Source: a virus
Taxonomy: Duplodnaviria > Caudoviricetes
Length of the DNA stretch: 47,250 bases
IMG/VR virus record: IMGVR_UViG_3300049930_000030
Span: 1-47,250 of that record
Reading direction: 5' to 3' (one strand)
The notes below the pieces were generated by a model that was not told the origin of the DNA, did no database searches, and saw nothing but the letters and a program-made list of their open reading frames with translations. Positions within the stretch are counted from its first letter, which is position 1. Each line of letters starts with the position of its first letter. Below, piece by piece: positions 20,234-28,566 of the stretch. The position numbers were made by a program, and so were the translations under genes.

Positions 20234-21980
20234 TCTCACCCTCCCAGGTGTCGTAGATGCCCCTGTCATCATCAAACACAAAGCCCTCGTCGGTATCAAA
20301 CGCGCCGGACGCGCGGCGAAAACGTCTTTGGGGCGCTCCGGCAGCGGCAGGCACGATCGCGCTGCGGTAGATCACGTCATCGAACGCGTCGGCCACCGTG
20401 CTCGCCCAGTCGTCCTTTTGCCCGCGCACCGTGTAGTAGTTCACGAGTTGGGAAATGACGTTGTGGACGTTAGGGGCGCCATCCACCAGCTTGAAACGCT
20501 TGTCGAGCGTGTAGCCGACCGCGCGCACGACGCGCTTTTCCGCGGAACCCTTGGGTCGGGGGAGGGAAATCAAGGGCACGGAAGGCAGGCCCAGGCCGGC
20601 CATGTACTGCTTGAAGTACGAAAACCAGTCGCTTGAGACGTTTGCCGTAGGCGTTTGATTTGTAATGCCCATGAGCCGGTACTTTTTCCACAAAACGTCA
20701 GTACCAGCCTTCGTGACCAGGCGCGCGACGAGTTTGGAAAAGTCCTCAATGCGTAGGAGGTTCGACCCGTGGCCTTCGAGGTAGTAGACCACGCCGTTGT
20801 TCCGGGGGTCTTGAAGCACCGCGGTCACGACGGAATCGCGCTTGCCCAAAGCGTCCAAGTCCTCGAAGGTGGCCTTGCAGTTGAGGTACAGAAACCCGGA
20901 CTGAGGAAGCTCGTTGGGGTGGATCAGGGCTTGCCGCATCTGGACGTTCGTGACCAACTGGTGTGAGCCACGGCCAGGCTGGTTGCGCTTCTGTGCGGCG
21001 AACGTGACCGGGTTGCCGGCTTCCTTGGCCCACAGGGCGCGTGTCGTGTCAATCTCAGGGCACTTGGAATGGTTGTTGTCGTCGTAGCAATCGACGTAAT
21101 ACACATACCACTCACCGTCCGGGCGAATCTTGATTGTCTCGTCGGGGCAGGGGTCGCCCGCCCACTCGCACACGCCTTGAGCGCGGAAGATTTGACCGGC
21201 CGGATCTTCGTCGCGGTAGCGCGTGTGGGGAAAGCCCACGAGACAGGACGGGGCGAAGGCGAAGAACATCGAATCCAAGTGACGGTAGGCGAAGTCCAGC
21301 CAGTTCGCTTCCTGCTTGATATCTTCCTCGGACACCGGATCGTCCATCACGCCGCCGCCAGGATGCTTGCCCGTGATGCCGCCGCGCACGCCCCAACACT
21401 TAAGGCTTTGGTCTTTGAGCGAAAGGTTCGTGCGGGCTTCGTGCGTGAGCGAGTATTGCTTCGAGGGGCGGCGGCCCTTGCCCATGCCGGCGTTCGGGCG
21501 CAGCCACACGCCGTACAGCCAGGAGTACCAGGCGTTCTCGTCGGTGCCTTCCATGATTGCGCGCTGCGGGTCCAGCATGATTTCCGCGGCCTTGTCGATG
21601 TTGGCCGAGCCGTCGCCCCACCCTAGGTTGGGGAACTCAAGCCATACAGCAAGTGGCGTGGGAATCGAAACCATCTGCGTCTTGCCCCAGTTTCGGGGAA
21701 GCTCAAACGCGACCTTCCACTGCTTGCGTCGGCCGGCGTAACGATCGTCAATGAAACGCTCGATAAACCTCTGCCACCATTTTGCAAGGGGCCTGTGAAC
21801 GCGGTCGGTGAGCCACTGCTCGCTTCGATTTTCGGGGCGCCGCATGTAGAACGAGTAACCGATGGCGACATTCAGGAACCACCAGAACCACTCGGGGTGC
21901 CGGCGCGGGGCACACACGTCCCGCCAGAACTCTCTTTCTGCGGCTAAAGGCCACGGCGGTAGGTTAGTCGTCGTCGCCAT
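20226..21980 (-). CDS. terL: Terminase large subunit (ATPase intact, nuclease residues apparently degenerate)
   Basis: Walker A PRNWGKT, ITGKH, Walker B VMDDP, coupling motif HTRY; near portal. Confidence 0.88.
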   Translation of the reverse strand: MATTTNLPPWPLAAEREFWRDVCAPRRHPEWFWWFLNVAIGYSFYMRRPENRSEQWLTDRVHRPLAKWWQRFIERFIDDRYAGRRKQWKVAFELPRNWGKTQMVSIPTPLAVWLEFPNLGWGDGSANIDKAAEIMLDPQRAIMEGTDENAWYSWLYGVWLRPNAGMGKGRRPSKQYSLTHEARTNLSLKDQSLKCWGVRGGITGKHPGGGVMDDPVSEEDIKQEANWLDFAYRHLDSMFFAFAPSCLVGFPHTRYRDEDPAGQIFRAQGVCEWAGDPCPDETIKIRPDGEWYVYYVDCYDDNNHSKCPEIDTTRALWAKEAGNPVTFAAQKRNQPGRGSHQLVTNVQMRQALIHPNELPQSGFLYLNCKATFEDLDALGKRDSVVTAVLQDPRNNGVVYYLEGHGSNLLRIEDFSKLVARLVTKAGTDVLWKKYRLMGITNQTPTANVSSDWFSYFKQYMAGLGLPSVPLISLPRPKGSAEKRVVRAVGYTLDKRFKLVDGAPNVHNVISQLVNYYTVRGQKDDWASTVADAFDDVIYRSAIVPAAAGAPQRRFRRASGAFDTDEGFVFDDDRGIYDTWEGESV

Positions 21981-22326
21981 TTACCCCGCCGTGATGGAAC
22001 TCAATGTATCGAATAGCCGCGTACATAAAGGCAACAGTGTCTCGAAAACCACCCAGGCCAATATTGCAGCGATTACACAGCAAGCCGCGATTCTTGCCAG
22101 AGGCGTGACAGTGATCGACCACCAGGTATTTGCCCTCTCCCGGTTCTTGGCCGCAAATCGCGCAGACGCCGCCTTGCGCCTTGAGCATGATGTCGTAGGT
22201 TGCTGGCCGAATCTTGTATTTTCGCCAGAGGTTCTTGTGCCGTTGGTAATCGGGGAACTCGTGTTCCTTTCGCTTGCGCCATGCCTCACTGAGAGCCTTC
22301 CGTCTGTCAATTGACTTGTACAGCAC
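21964..22326 (-). CDS. Endonuclease VII-family nuclease
   Basis: QGGVCAICG...VDHCH..G.NRGLLCNRCNIGLG signature. Confidence 0.92.
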   Translation of the reverse strand: MLYKSIDRRKALSEAWRKRKEHEFPDYQRHKNLWRKYKIRPATYDIMLKAQGGVCAICGQEPGEGKYLVVDHCHASGKNRGLLCNRCNIGLGGFRDTVAFMYAAIRYIEFHHGGVNGDDD

Positions 22327-23060
22327 TAGGCCGCCTCGATAGAAACGATGGGCGCTCCGGCAGCAGCAACAGGTGCCTCAAGGGGCGGGAGCGTGGCGTC
22401 GGGAATGTCGTCGTCCACAGGCGGGGGCGGCAGTGGGGAAGTCGCGTCGATCGTTTCGTTGAACGCGCGGCGCCAGACCTCGGGCGCGTTGTCCCGCCCA
22501 CACGCTTGCAGAACCAACGAGCCGCGGTGCAGCCGATCGTCCAGCGTGAGAGGCGGGCCAGGGCCAAGGTCGTTGGTTCCCGCGCCGCCCGACAACGAGC
22601 CGAGCACGCGCAGGGCCGCGAGTTTCACCTGGTCACTTGAGGCATTGCGGTAAAGTTCTTCGGCTGCGGCCTTGGCGTCCACGGGTGGTAGGGCGCGCAG
22701 GCTTTCCTCAACGTCGCCCTCAAGCTCGTTGTACTTGCGCGCCGTGAGCCGGGGCAAAGGGGCGGGCGACGGCACCGCATCGCGCGGAGGGGTGGCGCGA
22801 AGGGTGGAAGGGACCGCGGCGTGAACCGCGGGGTCCGTCAATCCCGCCCCCGGTGCAGGACCGAAGGGAGAGAAGTGGTTTTCAAGCTGCCCGGAGTTCT
22901 TCAACATGCGGCGGGCCTTCTGCGCCGTGTTGTGCGAAACACCCGCGCCGGCCATGCACGCCACAAGGGTTGATTCCGGCCCGTGGGCTCGGAACCATTC
23001 AAAGGCTTTTTTTACCTTTTCTGGCGGTCGTCCATGCGGTCGTTTTTCCACACAGGACAT
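22326..23060 (-). CDS. Terminase small subunit candidate (N-terminal HTH-like)
   Basis: First late gene; AGAGVSHNTAQKARRML HTH-like segment; positional inference only. Confidence 0.45.
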   Translation of the reverse strand: MSCVEKRPHGRPPEKVKKAFEWFRAHGPESTLVACMAGAGVSHNTAQKARRMLKNSGQLENHFSPFGPAPGAGLTDPAVHAAVPSTLRATPPRDAVPSPAPLPRLTARKYNELEGDVEESLRALPPVDAKAAAEELYRNASSDQVKLAALRVLGSLSGGAGTNDLGPGPPLTLDDRLHRGSLVLQACGRDNAPEVWRRAFNETIDATSPLPPPPVDDDIPDATLPPLEAPVAAAGAPIVSIEAA

Positions 23061-23090
23061 TGTACCATAAAGTGCTTTGGTTTTGCGACA
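23059..23090 (-). promoter_or_regulatory. Extended -10 promoter candidate (TGGTACAAT) for late arm
   Basis: TG-n-TACAAT with a weak -35; an in-frame GTG lies 7 nt downstream, so the mRNA may be leaderless. Confidence 0.45.
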
Positions 23091-23167
23091 AACTTTTTCG
23101 TTTTTGGATGATTCGCCTCCTGAGAATTCCCCCTTCGCGCCGGCGTTGGGTGCCCTCCCCCCGCCCT

Positions 23168-23199
23168 CGCGCGCGTGCGTGCGCGTGTGTGCGTGTGCG
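23168..23199. repeat. (YG)16 alternating purine-pyrimidine tract
   Basis: 32 nt of perfect CG/TG alternation, overlapped and followed by palindrome GCGAGCGCGCTCGC (23197-23210). Confidence 0.85.
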
Positions 23200-23368
23200 A
23201 GCGCGCTCGCGCGTGCGCCTGGGCGCGTGCGACTCCTTAAGCGCGGGGGACAACGAGCTGCGGGCGAGGCTTGGGGTATTTCGCGCTACGCTGCTACGTT
23301 CATGTCAACGTCCGATGATCCAGCCGTGCCGAATGGGGATTGCCGCGAGTCGGGAAAAACTTGGGAAC

Positions 23369-23408
23369 GTGTACCATATGGTACACATTGACTGTACCAA
23401 ATGGGACA
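23369..23408. promoter_or_regulatory. Tandem operator-like palindromes
   Basis: Perfect 18-bp GTGTACCATATGGTACAC (23369-23386) and degenerate TGTACCAAATGGGACA (23393-23408). Confidence 0.65.
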
Positions 23409-23429
23409 CCCTAAAACGCGAGAAACGTG

Positions 23430-23459
23430 TTGACGTTCCCGACCACGCGCCGATACATT
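23430..23459 (+). promoter_or_regulatory. Sigma70-type early promoter
   Basis: TTGACG-N18-TACATT upstream of first early gene. Confidence 0.65.
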
Positions 23460-23511
23460 TACCAACGTCTACCGCAACACGCTGGTTCACGTCTAACCGG
23501 AGGGTACGCAA

Positions 23512-23964
23512 ATGGCACTCGCACGTTGCTTGTTCACGTTGTCAGCGGACGACGATACCAAGGTCTATGCTGGCCTAACTGACGGCACGACTTGGAACGG
23601 TTTCGCAAACGTTCGCATGACGGCGATTATTTGCAACAAGGTTGTGGCCGATTTGATTGCGGCCAATGACGACGCGAACGTAATTGCCGAAATGGCAAAC
23701 ATGCCGAAAGGCCCTATGGGTTTGATTGACTTCTCAAACGGGTGGGCCTTTGAACTGATCGCCTGCGAATGTGAGGGTGACGACTGCACCGCGCGACACG
23801 CTGGCGGTTCAACCTGCACGGCTAACGCAACGCAAATCGTTTACGGTGAAAACGGTGAAGTTGTTTGCTATTTCTGCGATGCGTGCTCTGACGAATACAC
23901 TTGCGGTCATGTTGTGGGCGATACCGCTTGCGGCTATGACTGTCCCGCCTTTGAGGGCCGCTAA
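23512..23964 (+). CDS. Early hypothetical protein (WNGF motif, Cys-rich C-terminus)
   Basis: GGAGG RBS; 150 aa. Confidence 0.75.
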   Translation: MALARCLFTLSADDDTKVYAGLTDGTTWNGFANVRMTAIICNKVVADLIAANDDANVIAEMANMPKGPMGLIDFSNGWAFELIACECEGDDCTARHAGGSTCTANATQIVYGENGEVVCYFCDACSDEYTCGHVVGDTACGYDCPAFEGR

Positions 23965-23965
23965 C

Positions 23966-24064
23966 ATGCACGAAATTACCCGTAACCTTATCGCGGTTTT
24001 GATTCTCGGCGGCGCGCTTGCTGCTGATATCATCGTCCGCGCCTACCTTAACCGGAGACGTTAA
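23966..24064 (+). CDS. 32-aa single-TM peptide
   Basis: MHEITRNLIAVLILGGALAADIIVRAYLNRRR; GAGG RBS. Confidence 0.55.
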   Translation: MHEITRNLIAVLILGGALAADIIVRAYLNRRR

Positions 24065-24066
24065 AC

Positions 24067-24225
24067 ATGCTTGCTTCCCTCTGCAACGCTTTGGACGCGG
24101 CCGCCAGCGCCGCACAGTCTGCTGGATTCAACGTCCACCATGTTGCTTTCGTCCTTCCGGCAATGATCCTGCTTGCCTACCTTGGCGCGGGCTTGCTTGC
24201 CGCGTTCCGTTCCCTCAACCGCTAG
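24067..24225 (+). CDS. 52-aa membrane peptide (not in ORF track)
   Basis: MLASLCNALD...VLPAMILLAYLGAGLLAAFRSLNR; GGAG RBS; fills the gap. Confidence 0.55.
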   Translation: MLASLCNALDAAASAAQSAGFNVHHVAFVLPAMILLAYLGAGLLAAFRSLNR

Positions 24226-24234
24226 GAGCCTGCC

Positions 24235-24549
24235 ATGCAAGCCTACAGCAATCCCAAGCGCGAGAATGACCCGCACGCCTTGCCGGACCTTGAAGTGTTC
24301 CACCACGAACACGCCAAGCGCGAGCTGTGCGCCCTAAACGCAGGCGACAAGGCCAAACTCTACGGCGAGTGCGTCGTTGACAATGAGGGCGATTGTATGG
24401 GTAGCGGCTGGTATTGGTGGCCGTGCCTTCCCGGATGCTTGCCGGACAACGAAGCCAACGGACCGTTCGAGACTTCGGACGCGGCCCTTGCAGACGCCCG
24501 CGATTGCCCCTATGGCAGTGACGATGACGAAAGCGAGGAAACCCCATGA
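24235..24549 (+). CDS. Phage hypothetical protein (GWYWWPCLPGCLPD...GPF)
   Basis: AGGAG RBS; ATGA coupling to next gene. Confidence 0.75.
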   Translation: MQAYSNPKRENDPHALPDLEVFHHEHAKRELCALNAGDKAKLYGECVVDNEGDCMGSGWYWWPCLPGCLPDNEANGPFETSDAALADARDCPYGSDDDESEETP

Positions 24550-25148
24550 CCCCGGAAACCGCAGACAAGGCGGCCCGTGCGCGCCACTACCGCACGTTGC
24601 GTAAGGCCGGATGGCTTGCGCGCCACGCATGGAGTGCCGCACAAACCCGCACGGCTTGGGACCGTGCCGCGTTTGCCGACAACGTGAGGCTCAACGTTGA
24701 ACCGGACGATTGCATGTCGTTTGACGATTTGTGCGGGGACACTTTCAACCCCAAAGCAAACCCTGACATTCCCCCGGCCCGTTTGGAACGCGAACGTAAA
24801 GAGGAACTTGAGCGCGTGCAACGGCTAGGCATTGTCGGCATGGTCGGGCAGTTTCGCAATCCCACAACGGGCGAATGGGAAACCGCCGATAGCGTTTGGG
24901 GCTTTGTCGGGGACGATTGGAAGGACAGTGGATACGATGACGATATCAAACACTCGGCAATGGCCGCGCACAGTGCCGCAGTGGCACAAGCAAACGCGGC
25001 CCGGCACGATTTCGTTTGCGAGGCTTTGTCTATTCGTTCCGCAATCCGCACGGCCGGCGCCGACATTGCGCCCGGCTTGCATGCGGCCCTGGCCCGCGCC
25101 TTGGAACTCGCGCGCGGCAACCGTATTTGTCTCGAATGGGAGGACTAG
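24546..25148 (+). CDS. Phage hypothetical protein (DSVWGF motif)
   Basis: 200 aa; coupled to neighbours. Confidence 0.75.
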   Translation: MTPETADKAARARHYRTLRKAGWLARHAWSAAQTRTAWDRAAFADNVRLNVEPDDCMSFDDLCGDTFNPKANPDIPPARLERERKEELERVQRLGIVGMVGQFRNPTTGEWETADSVWGFVGDDWKDSGYDDDIKHSAMAAHSAAVAQANAARHDFVCEALSIRSAIRTAGADIAPGLHAALARALELARGNRICLEWED

Positions 25149-26084
25149 ATGCGAACCACGGGAAGCAACGCAATGGTCGGGCACGTTTGGGCACAGGACA
25201 ACGGCGCGCCCATGCGGTCCGGCTCAATGCACTGTGAAGGCGCCGTCTGCTATTCGTACTCTACCCCGATCGCGGTCTGGGTTTCGGCCCCGTCCGGCGC
25301 GCGCGTTCCGCTTGTCACGTCGCGTTCGTATTCCATTACCACGTCCGGGAAACACATGCCGGCAGTTTGGCGCGGCCTAGCCTACTCTGACCGCGCGTTT
25401 CGCGTTCCAAACCTTGGCACGTCAAGTGGACGCGCGCATTACGTTTCCGATCTACACGCGGCCAACGTTGAGGCCTTGCTTGCTGATCGCGACGCGGCAA
25501 TTTTGACCGCAAGCCGCGCCCGTTCCGGCAAACCCTGGTACCTAGAGCGCGCCGAAACCTTGGATCAAACCGCGCGCCGTTATGCGACTACGTTTGAGCT
25601 TCCGGCACCAGCCGCCATGCCAGACCTTGCCGATTTGCGCAAAGCCGCGTCCGAAGTCAAGGCGGCCAACAAGGCACGCGACGCGGCACGCGCGGCCGTT
25701 CGCGCGGCCGAACTTGAGGCGCAACTTGCCGAACGTGAGGCGCGGAAGCGTAAAGACAAGGCGCGCGTTGCCGCATGGGTCGCCGGCCGCGGCGAACGTT
25801 TCCCCTACACTTGGATTGACGGCCCGACCCGCCTACGCAAACGCGCGGACTTTCTCGAAACGTCCCGCGGCGCGGAAGTCCCCTGGCCCCATGCGGTGCG
25901 GGCTTTCGAGGCGGTTAAACAGGTTCGCGCGTCTGGCATCCCGTTCGCGGCAAACGGCCGAACGATTCACCTGGGCCACTTCACGTTGGATGCGATTGAC
26001 AAGGCCGGCAACGTGGTCGCCGGATGCCATCGGGTCGAGTGGAAGGAAATTGCCCGTTTAATGAAAAAAGAGGGCGTTTTGTAA
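25149..26084 (+). CDS. Phage hypothetical protein (YSYSTPIA...ETSRGA...GCH)
   Basis: 311 aa; GGAGG RBS; central coiled coil. Confidence 0.8.
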   Translation: MRTTGSNAMVGHVWAQDNGAPMRSGSMHCEGAVCYSYSTPIAVWVSAPSGARVPLVTSRSYSITTSGKHMPAVWRGLAYSDRAFRVPNLGTSSGRAHYVSDLHAANVEALLADRDAAILTASRARSGKPWYLERAETLDQTARRYATTFELPAPAAMPDLADLRKAASEVKAANKARDAARAAVRAAELEAQLAEREARKRKDKARVAAWVAGRGERFPYTWIDGPTRLRKRADFLETSRGAEVPWPHAVRAFEAVKQVRASGIPFAANGRTIHLGHFTLDAIDKAGNVVAGCHRVEWKEIARLMKKEGVL

Positions 26085-26333
26085 TTCTGACACAAAAACG
26101 GCGCCCCAGGATCGCGCACAAGGCACGATCGCAGGTTGCCGCGACTCAAGACACGGGGGGTTTTGAACTTATGATACTTAGTCTAAAAATTGGCCGCTGG
26201 CAATTCTCAATTGCCCCGCGGTGGCTATTCAACTTCTCAAGTTGTCGTCCCGGCCACAATGGGCAGCACTGCAAAGGCTGCCCCTACTTTTCTTTCTACT
26301 TTGGCCCATTCAAGGCCGAAAGGAACTAGCACA

Positions 26334-26663
26334 ATGGAAAACGAAACGCACGTTCCGCACCTGAGTCTATGCGAACACGGCCTGCCCGCGCCCTGCGCTG
26401 TTTGCCGCCTGCGCGCTGATATTGACGCCGGTGCGCTCCCGATTGTCTCAGACGTGGCGCGCGGGCTTCCTGCCATGACACCCGAGGAAGTGGAACGCGG
26501 GGAGAAGGAGCTTGCAAGGAACGACGCCGAATACGAGCAGGCGCAGCGGTACAAGGAGCATGGCCCGGCCCTGGTGCGCGCGTGCGCGCTTGCCGCCGTT
26601 ATGATTCCCGGCCCGGCCGGTCAAGCAATCGCGGACCTTATCGCAAAAGTGGAGGGCCGGTAA
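26334..26663 (+). CDS. Hypothetical protein with CxH..CxxC
   Basis: AAGGA RBS before MENETH. Confidence 0.65.
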   Translation: MENETHVPHLSLCEHGLPAPCAVCRLRADIDAGALPIVSDVARGLPAMTPEEVERGEKELARNDAEYEQAQRYKEHGPALVRACALAAVMIPGPAGQAIADLIAKVEGR

Positions 26664-26664
26664 C

Positions 26665-26892
26665 ATGCGAGTCAAAAACTTTGGCGCATACGTTCGCGTG
26701 TACGTTTCCGCGCGGGAAGTTGAAGCGTTCGCAAGCCGCTGGCCGTGCTTTGGCCCGACTCGCGCAATGAGCTTTGAGTTTGACAAGCGCAACAGCGACC
26801 TTGTAGACGTTACCGGCGATCACACTACAAACGATGATGCCGGCATTTTGGCCTTGTCCCAGGACGCGCAAGAATTCGCGGGGGTTGCATGA
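26665..26892 (+). CDS. Hypothetical protein
   Basis: GGAGG RBS; 75 aa. Confidence 0.7.
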   Translation: MRVKNFGAYVRVYVSAREVEAFASRWPCFGPTRAMSFEFDKRNSDLVDVTGDHTTNDDAGILALSQDAQEFAGVA

Positions 26893-27407
26893 AAAACAAC
26901 TATCGCAGTCCGGGCGCACGAGTCGCGGGCACCCTGGGCGACGTGCGGCGCCGCCCGGTCCGGTCCGGTTCACGCCTTGGCGCTCCGGGGCGGCCAGCGC
27001 CACCCGCAGCTTTCTACACAATCGCGGTGCCCTGCGTTTTGAACCTTCGAGTCGGCCCATTCCCTTCCGTTGCCCGCGCGCAGTCCGAGGCCGTGGCCCG
27101 CGCCGTTGCCTTGGCGGCCCGCTTGATCCCGCCCGGTGGAACGGTTACAATGTCCGTTGGCACGGCCGACTCACTGCCGGCGCCCCACAACCTGCGGGTT
27201 GTGAACGTAGATCTGGCCCACAACCCGGAGGAACAATGCCCGCCGCAGCTACAACCGGAACGCCCAAGCAGCGCGCCGCCTGGCGCAAAGCCGCCCGCAC
27301 CCGCGCGGAAAACAAGCGCAAGGCCCGACTCGCGGAATTCCCCGAAACCCCGCCCGACTATCGGCCACCCCTGGAGGAAACGCGCAGTCCTGCCGAACCT
27401 GACGTAA
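26889..27407 (+). CDS. Hypothetical protein (3' end overlaps next gene)
   Basis: ATGA coupling, but long overlap makes it uncertain. Confidence 0.4.
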   Translation: MKNNYRSPGARVAGTLGDVRRRPVRSGSRLGAPGRPAPPAAFYTIAVPCVLNLRVGPFPSVARAQSEAVARAVALAARLIPPGGTVTMSVGTADSLPAPHNLRVVNVDLAHNPEEQCPPQLQPERPSSAPPGAKPPAPARKTSARPDSRNSPKPRPTIGHPWRKRAVLPNLT

Positions 27408-27631
27408 CGGGCGGCGCTCGAACCGCAGACCCGGCCCGTTTGGCCGAGTGTGCCCCTGAACTCGCTGCGATCGCGTCAAGGCTCGAAATGTTCGACGCCC
27501 AAATGCGGCGCGGCGCAATCCCCGGCATCCCGCGGCCGTTCCTACTGCGCGCTCGGGCCCTGGTCCGCTACGTTTTCGAGGGTGAACCGCTCGACACCTG
27601 GCTTGCCCCGATTGAACCGGCAAGCATGTAG
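27236..27631 (+). CDS. Hypothetical basic protein
   Basis: GGAGG RBS before MPAAATT. Confidence 0.65.
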   Translation: MPAAATTGTPKQRAAWRKAARTRAENKRKARLAEFPETPPDYRPPLEETRSPAEPDVTGGARTADPARLAECAPELAAIASRLEMFDAQMRRGAIPGIPRPFLLRARALVRYVFEGEPLDTWLAPIEPASM

Positions 27632-27642
27632 GAGAGGGAAAC

Positions 27643-27783
27643 ATGCGTCCGACCAAGGGAAAGCCCACAAAGTTCAAGCTCAAAACCCGCTATCCGCACA
27701 ACCGGAGCGAGGGGCTTTCCCACCGCACGAACAAAGGCAGTAAGTTGCAGCCGACTAAACCCAAGGCCGGCGCAAAAGTGTGA
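27643..27783 (+). CDS. 46-aa Lys-rich peptide (not in ORF track)
   Basis: MRPTKGKPTKFKLK...; purine-rich RBS; GTGA overlap with next gene. Confidence 0.5.
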   Translation: MRPTKGKPTKFKLKTRYPHNRSEGLSHRTNKGSKLQPTKPKAGAKV

Positions 27784-28193
27784 GGATCACAAGCAAAGGG
27801 CGCTGGCTTTCGCTGGCCGTTGCGGCTTTACGCCCACGGTACCGGCGCGCCGGCGCCTGTTTGCCCCGCTCGATCAACCTTGAAGTGGCCCCGTTGCCGG
27901 TATTGCCCGATACCGTGCAGTGGGGCCTTTGGGTTGGGCCGCCCCCCGCCTGGCTGCCCCATTCCGTTGTGCTCTCAAACCGTTTGCGCCGGCCTGACAA
28001 GGTTCTGGCCGTTTTGATCCATGAGCTTTGCCACGCGGCCCGCCCCGACCTGCCCGAGCGGTCGATCGAGTTTCGCGCCCTGCTCTCGGCCCTGGGCGGG
28101 TGGCCTGCCCCCGGAGCGCCCCACACACAGCGGGCAAACTCGGCCCTGGCCGCCCGCCTAGGCCCTTGGCCCTTGGCCCGCGACGATCGTTGA
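27780..28193 (+). CDS. SprT-like HExxH metallopeptidase
   Basis: AVLIHELCHAA motif followed by EFRALL. Confidence 0.6.
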   Translation: MRITSKGRWLSLAVAALRPRYRRAGACLPRSINLEVAPLPVLPDTVQWGLWVGPPPAWLPHSVVLSNRLRRPDKVLAVLIHELCHAARPDLPERSIEFRALLSALGGWPAPGAPHTQRANSALAARLGPWPLARDDR

Positions 28194-28473
28194 TCCTTGG
28201 GGCATCCTTGGAGGCCGCATACCCCCTGCTGTCCATCCCGGAGCGTCCGCTTTTCCCCCGCGTCCTGATCGCGCGGACAGCCCACCAAAACCGGACAGCC
28301 CGCCCCACTTCATCGCGGCCCAAACGACATTGTGATTTTGACAATCCCAAGGCTGTAGATTTTCACTCTCTTGCCGAGAGTCGTCGTGGACGCGACGGTA
28401 GGCGAGAGTGTGAAAAGCCTCTCCTTTCACACGAGTATGTATTATAGGGGAAAGGGGTGAACCGATGAAGGGT

Positions 28474-28566
28474 TAACCCGTTGGCGCACATGAGTTTAGG
28501 TTTTTGCGTTTCCACCTTTAATCATATGCAGCACAACGGGTTAACATTCTTGACATTTTATGTCAA
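28474..28566. other. AT-rich inverted-repeat region, replication origin candidate
   Basis: Two inverted 25-bp TAACCCGTTG-N5-CAT-N4-TTA sites (28474-28498, 28519-28543) and TTGACAT-N3-ATGTCAA (28550-28566) at the helicase 3' end. Confidence 0.45.
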
